DNA from: Nitrosopumilus sp.
GTDB taxonomy: Archaea > Thermoproteota > Nitrososphaeria > Nitrososphaerales > Nitrosopumilaceae
Direction of reading: 5' to 3'
Length of the DNA: 64,000 nt
Assembly: GCA_965238275.1 (NCBI GenBank)
Contig: OZ250186.1
Coordinates: 448,001 to 512,000, forward strand
The translations under genes and the position numbers were made by a program. Below the pieces are notes generated by a model that did no database searches, was not told the DNA's origin, and saw nothing but the letters and a program-made list of their open reading frames with translations. Positions within the stretch are counted from its first letter, which is position 1. Each line of letters opens with the position of its first letter. Shown in pieces: positions 58,241 to 64,000 of the stretch.

Positions 58241-59455
58241 TTACGCCAAGTTGTTAACTTCAAACACCAGGTAGTCTTTTACTATTTTATCCCTAACCTT
58301 GTATCTCCTCTCTTCCTGAATGACCAGATCCGAATTTTTGAGGTTACTCATATGGTAGGGCAGACTAGTGTACTTGATCTTTGTTTTTTTGCCAATCTCA
58401 GTAACGGTCAGCCCGTTTGAGACTGCCAGGGTCCTCAGTATTGTTAGCAAAACAGGCCCCCCCGTCACATTTCCCAAGTCCTCTGACAGTACGTAATCCA
58501 CATAATTTTTGAGTGATCCCACCGTCTCTGTCAGTATTCTGGTGTACGTATCTTGTAGGTTTTCTTTTTGATTGTATGCCTCGGCTAGTGCCATCAGATA
58601 GAAAGGAATTCCTCCAACTATCCGATATGCCTCCCTTGCGGTTTTTTCATCTATTGTGATTCCTTTTGCACCCAGATACTTTGTAAACAGTTCGACGGAG
58701 TATTTTTCATCCATCCCGTAAACAGTTAATTTTTCAAAGTGCGCAAACAGTGGGGATCTTCCACCGTCGAGCATTCCCGTAGACATGTGGACTCTGGAAC
58801 CGCTGATTATGTATGATACGTGCTCTCCCCTTTCCTGTATTACCGCCCTGAACAGACTGGGGATGTCTTTTAGTCCGGTATAGCCTCTGAACTTTACCAA
58901 ATCCTGAAATTCATCCAGAATGACTACAAATTTCAGGTTGTTTTTTTCTGCCAAGACTTGCAAGGTTCCAAATACGGAATAAAAGAGGCCAGCATAGTCT
59001 GGCTTTTTGTCTGCCAAGTGCACTTTGGGAACTATCACCCCTTCTGGAGTTATGGATACGCTGATGTTGGAGATTTTCTTATCTCCTATTGCTCCCGTAA
59101 TTTTTGTAAACAGATCTCCTACGATCTTGATTGCGCTTGATTTTGCTCTTTTTCCTCTTGTGAGTTTTGTACGGTATGCATCAAAAATGGATTTTTGCAG
59201 TCGCTCAAAGAAGATCCTAGGCTCGGCCATGTTCTTTTGGACATCAAAATAGATTGGTATGATGCGTTTCTCTTTTGATAAATTGTCATGCAGTTTCATT
59301 AGAATTGATGATTTTCCAACCCTGCGATACCCCAATACGGCCATGTTGTAGTTGATGTCGCGCGTTGTCATCTTTGCCATCAGATCTTTTAGCTCCTTCT
59401 CCCTGTCTACAAGATCCCTTGGTGCTGCAGGACTGCCTATTTGAAATTTAGCCAT
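58241..59455 (-). CDS. Archaeal AAA/P-loop ATPase with C-terminal wHTH
   Basis: LVDREKEL, GYRRVGKSS, VVILDEFQ, GGIPFYL; AT-rich. Confidence 0.88.
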   Translation of the reverse strand: MAKFQIGSPAAPRDLVDREKELKDLMAKMTTRDINYNMAVLGYRRVGKSSILMKLHDNLSKEKRIIPIYFDVQKNMAEPRIFFERLQKSIFDAYRTKLTRGKRAKSSAIKIVGDLFTKITGAIGDKKISNISVSITPEGVIVPKVHLADKKPDYAGLFYSVFGTLQVLAEKNNLKFVVILDEFQDLVKFRGYTGLKDIPSLFRAVIQERGEHVSYIISGSRVHMSTGMLDGGRSPLFAHFEKLTVYGMDEKYSVELFTKYLGAKGITIDEKTAREAYRIVGGIPFYLMALAEAYNQKENLQDTYTRILTETVGSLKNYVDYVLSEDLGNVTGGPVLLTILRTLAVSNGLTVTEIGKKTKIKYTSLPYHMSNLKNSDLVIQEERRYKVRDKIVKDYLVFEVNNLA

Positions 59456-59463
59456 GTATAATA

Positions 59464-59497
59464 ATATATGATTTCATATATATATGATTTCATATAT
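59464..59497. promoter_or_regulatory. Tandem palindromes ATATATGA-TT-TCATATAT x2
   Basis: Two overlapping 18-bp dyads (period 16) 9-42 nt upstream of the ATPase start. Confidence 0.55.
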
Positions 59498-59522
59498 TAA
59501 ACGGATCTGCACGGGAGGCGCA

Positions 59523-60719
59523 CTATATGGTGAACCAGCCGGACTTTACATAGGAGAGTGCGATGTTGAGTGCAAACAGCACAAACGTAAAGGCGTAGAT
59601 TCCCCACATGATGCCGTTTACCGTGCCCTCTGAGGCCCTCTTGTCGATTATCGTGTGGATGAACTTTCCCCCGTCCAGGATGGGAAGCGGAAGCATGTTG
59701 ATTATGCCGATAAAGAACGAGATCATCCACAGCCACAGCAGGAACAGCGAGACGTTGGGATCATTCCACTCTATAAAGTTCAGCACCGGCTTGTGGGCAA
59801 TGGAGTTGTCTCTCATGATGCCAATAAGGCCCCGGTCGGGGTTGTCGGGTGCCTGCATGATGTCGACGTCAAACTGCATCTCCTGGCCGTTCCTGATGAT
59901 GTCAACGCCTGCAACGTCCCCGGGGTTCAGGCCCGGAAAGTCAGCCGGGCTTGCAATCGGCCGCCCGTTTATCGACGTGATGATGTCGTTGGCGGCGAGT
60001 CCTGCGGATTCGGCGCCGGATCCCTCTATTATGGATAGGATCAGGACGCCGTCAGGGGACTCGTAAAACACGCCAAGGAACGGCTCGGGCACCACGATTG
60101 CAAATAGCGGGTTGGTCAGGAGGATGAGGCCTAGTGCCAGTGCAAATATGACGTTTGACGTGGCGCCTGCCCCGATTACCCGCATCTTTGAGATCTTTTT
60201 TGCCTTGTTGAATTCCTCCTCGTCAGGCTCCACAAACCCTGCAAACATTGCAATGAATATGGCAAAGCCGCCGGTCTTGATCTTTATCCTCTCAAGGGCG
60301 GCCACTATCCCGTGGGCCCCCTCGTGGATTACCAGGACGATGGGGATTGAGAGCAGAAAGTATGCAATTGCGGAGGCGGAGGTAAGGGTGACTCCGGGGA
60401 TTAAGACGGTCAGCTCGGCAAAGTCGTCTGGTGTCACAAAATAGTTGGCAACGTTGTTTAGCAGGAACCAGAAGGCAAATCCCATCATGAGAAACCCTGC
60501 AACCACGCTGACGTCTGCAAACACGCGGATTCCGCGCCGCGTCCGGCCCAAAAGCCTGATGAGGACGTCGTTGACCTGCCTGTTCTTGTATGTGAGGCTG
60601 TATACCTTTATGTCAAAGCCGTGCCTGTCAAGCTTGAGGCCCTTTGCCGCTATCAGTATGACCACCCATGCAATCAGCACGTAGATGATTGCGTTCTGGG
60701 TGATAAAATCAAGTTCCAA
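59523..60719 (-). CDS. Site-2 protease (M50) with PDZ domain
   Basis: HEGAH, AGATSN, PDZ, NMLPLPILDGG. Confidence 0.93.
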   Translation of the reverse strand: MELDFITQNAIIYVLIAWVVILIAAKGLKLDRHGFDIKVYSLTYKNRQVNDVLIRLLGRTRRGIRVFADVSVVAGFLMMGFAFWFLLNNVANYFVTPDDFAELTVLIPGVTLTSASAIAYFLLSIPIVLVIHEGAHGIVAALERIKIKTGGFAIFIAMFAGFVEPDEEEFNKAKKISKMRVIGAGATSNVIFALALGLILLTNPLFAIVVPEPFLGVFYESPDGVLILSIIEGSGAESAGLAANDIITSINGRPIASPADFPGLNPGDVAGVDIIRNGQEMQFDVDIMQAPDNPDRGLIGIMRDNSIAHKPVLNFIEWNDPNVSLFLLWLWMISFFIGIINMLPLPILDGGKFIHTIIDKRASEGTVNGIMWGIYAFTFVLFALNIALSYVKSGWFTI

Positions 60720-60868
60720 ACTGTTGCAGGCTTTTTACGGAACGGACATTTATCGGTTACTGCAAAAGTCGAGGATTTTGCAGTCGGGCACTGCAGGCAC
60801 GATTCAGGGACAAGCCGTTTTATTGCGAACCGTCAGAACAGACTTTTGTGTGCTGTGCGAGTTTGGGG

Positions 60869-61972
60869 CTATACCCTGATTGCAAGGCGGGATCGCATGT
60901 TTATTGCCACCATCGCTGTTATGGCAACCACCAGAACCACCATGACTACTGCGCCAAACTCCGGCACTATCATCTCGACTGTCTTCATCTTGATTAGAAT
61001 CAGGTCAATCTGCTCATCAACTTGTTCCACGGGGGCACCGTTGCGTATCATGTTGCGCAGCTCCTCGCGCATCAGAATCTCCACCTCTTCCATCAGCTCC
61101 CTCTCTCCGGCCTCGACTAGCGGTCCTTCAAGGAACTCATAGTTGTCAAGGTACGCCTTTGTGGCATAACTCAGTGCAAGATCGCCGTTGCCCTGCCTGT
61201 ACTCGGACTTTGCGTCCATGAGCAGGGTTTCAATCGTCTCGACATAGTCTAACAGGTCATCGCCCTCTTCTGTGGTTCCGGTAATCTCGTCAATCTCGTG
61301 GATTATTCCGCCTGCCAGGGTCTCTACCGTGTCAGGGTCTGCCACCTCATCGTACGCGGCCCAGAGTTCCCCGTAGAACTCTTCTATCTCCTCGGCCTCG
61401 TGGGCGTCAATGCCGGACTTTATCTCGTTGAAGATCTGCTGGGACCTCCAGACAAAGGCGGATCCGTCCTGGAACTCTGCTGCCTCCGTGATGGCGCCGT
61501 TGGTGACTGCCTCGCCGTACTCTGCAATGGACGTCTCCAGCAGGCCCTTCATGAGTAATAGTCTAAAGTTGGGGTCAGCGCTCACCCCTGCATCAACGAC
61601 TGCATTGCGCACAGTCTCTACCAGATCCTTTGCAGAATCAACTGCGCCCTGCGCCTGGTCCCTTGAGACGTCGACTGACGCCGTGTCCCTTAGCTCCAGC
61701 AGGACTGTCTGGAACCTTTCATCAAGGGCCGGGTCTGCATCCTGGAGTACAGGCTTCATGGAGTCGTACAGTTCTGCGATTGGGTGAGTCGCGTGGACGG
61801 CTGCAAGCTGTGCGTTTCTCTCGTCCAGGTTAAGTTCTATGGCCCAAAAGTGTCCCAGAGTCTCCTCAAGTGCTCCGGCAAACTCCAAGTCTGCACTCTT
61901 GTCTGCAAATGCACTTGGAAGCAACGATACCATGACAACTGATGCTACAAGAAATACCACAGAATGGTTCAT
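60869..61972 (-). CDS. PEFG-CTERM sorting-domain surface protein
   Basis: Signal peptide; acidic helical body; C-terminal VPEFG-TM-basic tail. Confidence 0.88.
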   Translation of the reverse strand: MNHSVVFLVASVVMVSLLPSAFADKSADLEFAGALEETLGHFWAIELNLDERNAQLAAVHATHPIAELYDSMKPVLQDADPALDERFQTVLLELRDTASVDVSRDQAQGAVDSAKDLVETVRNAVVDAGVSADPNFRLLLMKGLLETSIAEYGEAVTNGAITEAAEFQDGSAFVWRSQQIFNEIKSGIDAHEAEEIEEFYGELWAAYDEVADPDTVETLAGGIIHEIDEITGTTEEGDDLLDYVETIETLLMDAKSEYRQGNGDLALSYATKAYLDNYEFLEGPLVEAGERELMEEVEILMREELRNMIRNGAPVEQVDEQIDLILIKMKTVEMIVPEFGAVVMVVLVVAITAMVAINMRSRLAIRV

Positions 61973-62142
61973 TGTTCAAATAACAAATATGGTATGTTTA
62001 AAGGGTCTGAGGATCATACAAATGTGTTTTATTAACATGGAACTAATGTCTAGAATTTGATATTCCGTACAAATCAGGCGGCATCCTTGTTGTTGTTGTT
62101 GTATCGGCACGGTTTTAAGCGCAGACACTCCCATTCCATTCC

Positions 62143-62454
62143 ATGACACCAGTAATGATAGTCTCCACATACCCGAACAGGAGTACCATCATGAAGATAG
62201 CAGAGATTCTGGTAAGCGAGAAGGCTGCTGCATGCGTCAACATCTCCGAGGTATCCTCGGTGTACTCGTGGAAGGGCAAGATAGAGAATGCATCAGAGTG
62301 CATTGCAATATTCAAGACCACAGACAAGAACAGGGAGTTGCTAAAGAAGAGGATAGCACAGACGCACCCCTACGATGTGCCCGAGATAATGGAGATTGAC
62401 GTTACCTCAGTCAACCTGCCGTACCTGGACTGGCTGGCAGAGTCTGCAGGATAG
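62143..62454 (+). CDS. cutA: Divalent-cation tolerance protein CutA
   Basis: AACVNI..SVYSWKG, HPYDVPEI. Confidence 0.93.
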   Translation: MTPVMIVSTYPNRSTIMKIAEILVSEKAAACVNISEVSSVYSWKGKIENASECIAIFKTTDKNRELLKKRIAQTHPYDVPEIMEIDVTSVNLPYLDWLAESAG

Positions 62455-62456
62455 CA

Positions 62457-63491
62457 TCACACGACGTATCTCAGTATGGCGACGATTCCCCCCATGTTTG
62501 AGACCCTCAGGCCGACATCAGTGGACGAATCCACGCTGTAGACGTTTACCCCCTTGCCCTCGGCATCGTTGAGCAGGTTGATCATGCTCTGCTCGTCGTT
62601 GTCCTGTATGGCCCGGTCTGAAAACACCAGCGATTCTACTGCGCCCATCTGGTTTGCCGTGACGGCCTCATCGAATCCCATGGCAAACTTTCTGCTCTTC
62701 TTGCTGACCATCACCATCACGTCGTCAATGAGCGAGGCGGCTCTTGCAAGCTTGTTGCCTGACATTATCTCCCTCATGGCCTGCGATCGCGTAAAGATGT
62801 AGATTCCGTCCTCGCCGCCAGAGTCGATTCCCTCTGCCATCCGGATGTCGTACCCTGCCATTCCCTTGAAGTTTGCAAGCCTTCTCTTGGTTTCGCCTGG
62901 CCCGAATATCACCACCACGTCCCCCTTCCTGAGGGTTGATGCGACGGCCTGCCGGACCTGTTCGAGGAATACCTCAAGCCGGAATCCGGTCTTGTATCTT
63001 TTTCCGCCCGCACCGGAGTACATGTTGGGGATGAACTCAAGGTGCGTCCCCTTGAGCCTTGCAATGCCGCAGTCGCCGGTATCGATTGCGACCAGCACGA
63101 ATCCTGTCTGGTCCCTGCCTGATTTGAGCAGCCTCCTCTGGACCGGCAGCCACCTGTTTTTGGATACTGTGATGCCCTGGCCTGTCCTCACCACCAAAGA
63201 GTGGTGCGAGCCGTGGGGGACGGCCTCGTGGCTTGACTCGGCGATCGTTCCCTGTATTCTCAGCCTGTCCAACACGCCGTCCAGGGATATCTTCTCCACC
63301 TCCATGGAGATTCTGACATGGATCCGCTCGCCCTTGTCAGGCCTTGAATAGTCCCGGTCCTGTTTTATGACCCGGGTGGTGTCCCCTGCGACCCTGTCGC
63401 CGCTCTGTATTATTCTCCGCAGGTTCAAGAGATCGTCTGAATCCTCGGGCATTACGGCGACTGCGTTATCATCAATACTCTTTATGATCAT
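62457..63491 (-). CDS. pelA: Pelota mRNA surveillance protein
   Basis: PEDSDDL, RLRIQG..GSHHS, GPG, GGIVAILRY. Confidence 0.92.
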   Translation of the reverse strand: MIIKSIDDNAVAVMPEDSDDLLNLRRIIQSGDRVAGDTTRVIKQDRDYSRPDKGERIHVRISMEVEKISLDGVLDRLRIQGTIAESSHEAVPHGSHHSLVVRTGQGITVSKNRWLPVQRRLLKSGRDQTGFVLVAIDTGDCGIARLKGTHLEFIPNMYSGAGGKRYKTGFRLEVFLEQVRQAVASTLRKGDVVVIFGPGETKRRLANFKGMAGYDIRMAEGIDSGGEDGIYIFTRSQAMREIMSGNKLARAASLIDDVMVMVSKKSRKFAMGFDEAVTANQMGAVESLVFSDRAIQDNDEQSMINLLNDAEGKGVNVYSVDSSTDVGLRVSNMGGIVAILRYVV

Positions 63492-63526
63492 GTAATGTCA
63501 TTTCCTGTATGCAAAGAGAAAAGAGT

Positions 63527-63940
63527 TTAGTCCGCAGCGGAATCTGTCTTCTCCTGGGCCTTTTTCTTCAGGTACGACTCGACCCAATCCAGGGTAAGGA
63601 CGCCTGATTCTGCCAGGTTTGTAAGCGAGTTTGCAGACGCCTCGCCTGTGACCTTGCCGTTGTTTCTTCGTAATTGGCGCCACTTTAGCGACGTGTTCCC
63701 GCTCTTTGAGTTGTAGATGATCCCAAGTATGTCCCGTGCGTTTACAAACGTGATGTCCCGGATCTTCTTGAGTGTTACCTTGTCTGCGGCTTCAACGTAG
63801 ATTGCACCCTTGGCATCCTCCCTTTCTGCAAAGATCTCATAGTCTCCAAGATAGCTTCTTGGCGCATAGGACTTGCATGTGCTTGATATGACAAACCTTC
63901 TAAAGCTTTCTAGCGATGCAGGAATGTCAATTGCAACCAT
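63527..63940 (-). CDS. Hypothetical protein
   Basis: 137-aa ORF co-oriented upstream of pelota. Confidence 0.7.
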   Translation of the reverse strand: MVAIDIPASLESFRRFVISSTCKSYAPRSYLGDYEIFAEREDAKGAIYVEAADKVTLKKIRDITFVNARDILGIIYNSKSGNTSLKWRQLRRNNGKVTGEASANSLTNLAESGVLTLDWVESYLKKKAQEKTDSAAD

Positions 63941-64000
63941 TTTGACTGATTACGGGACTAGCCATTTATCAAGCTTCTTGAAAGATTCAAAAGGAATTCA

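Overview
Archaeal chromosome segment from an ammonia-oxidizer-type thaumarchaeote (Nitrosopumilaceae-like; inferred from the cox operon layout, the PEFG-CTERM protein, tetraether synthase Tes and the F420 enzymes). It is relatively GC-rich and IS-loaded, which fits but does not prove a host-associated lineage. The backbone carries tRNA-Lys, tRNA-Arg, SRP RNA, the heme-copper oxidase operon, purD, mtnA, tes, rpl2, a tRNA thiolase, cutA and pelota. A ~25 kb surface-glycan island (20.2-45.1 kb) has a duplicated GT2/sulfotransferase cassette, uronic-acid precursor genes and a flippase; both sulfotransferase copies are inactivated. Mobile DNA includes four complete IS66-family elements with exact 8-bp TSDs (two identical and inverted, one with ~100-bp TIRs), an IS5/ISL2-type element, an IS481 element, IS630/IS481/IS66 relics and MITEs. 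The most intriguing locus is 53.2-56.4 kb. There a MITE-disrupted IS110 recombinase with a structured 5' non-coding region lies co-oriented with an intact TnpB carrying a structured 3' tail, and an unexplained structured RNA candidate on the opposite strand sits between them.
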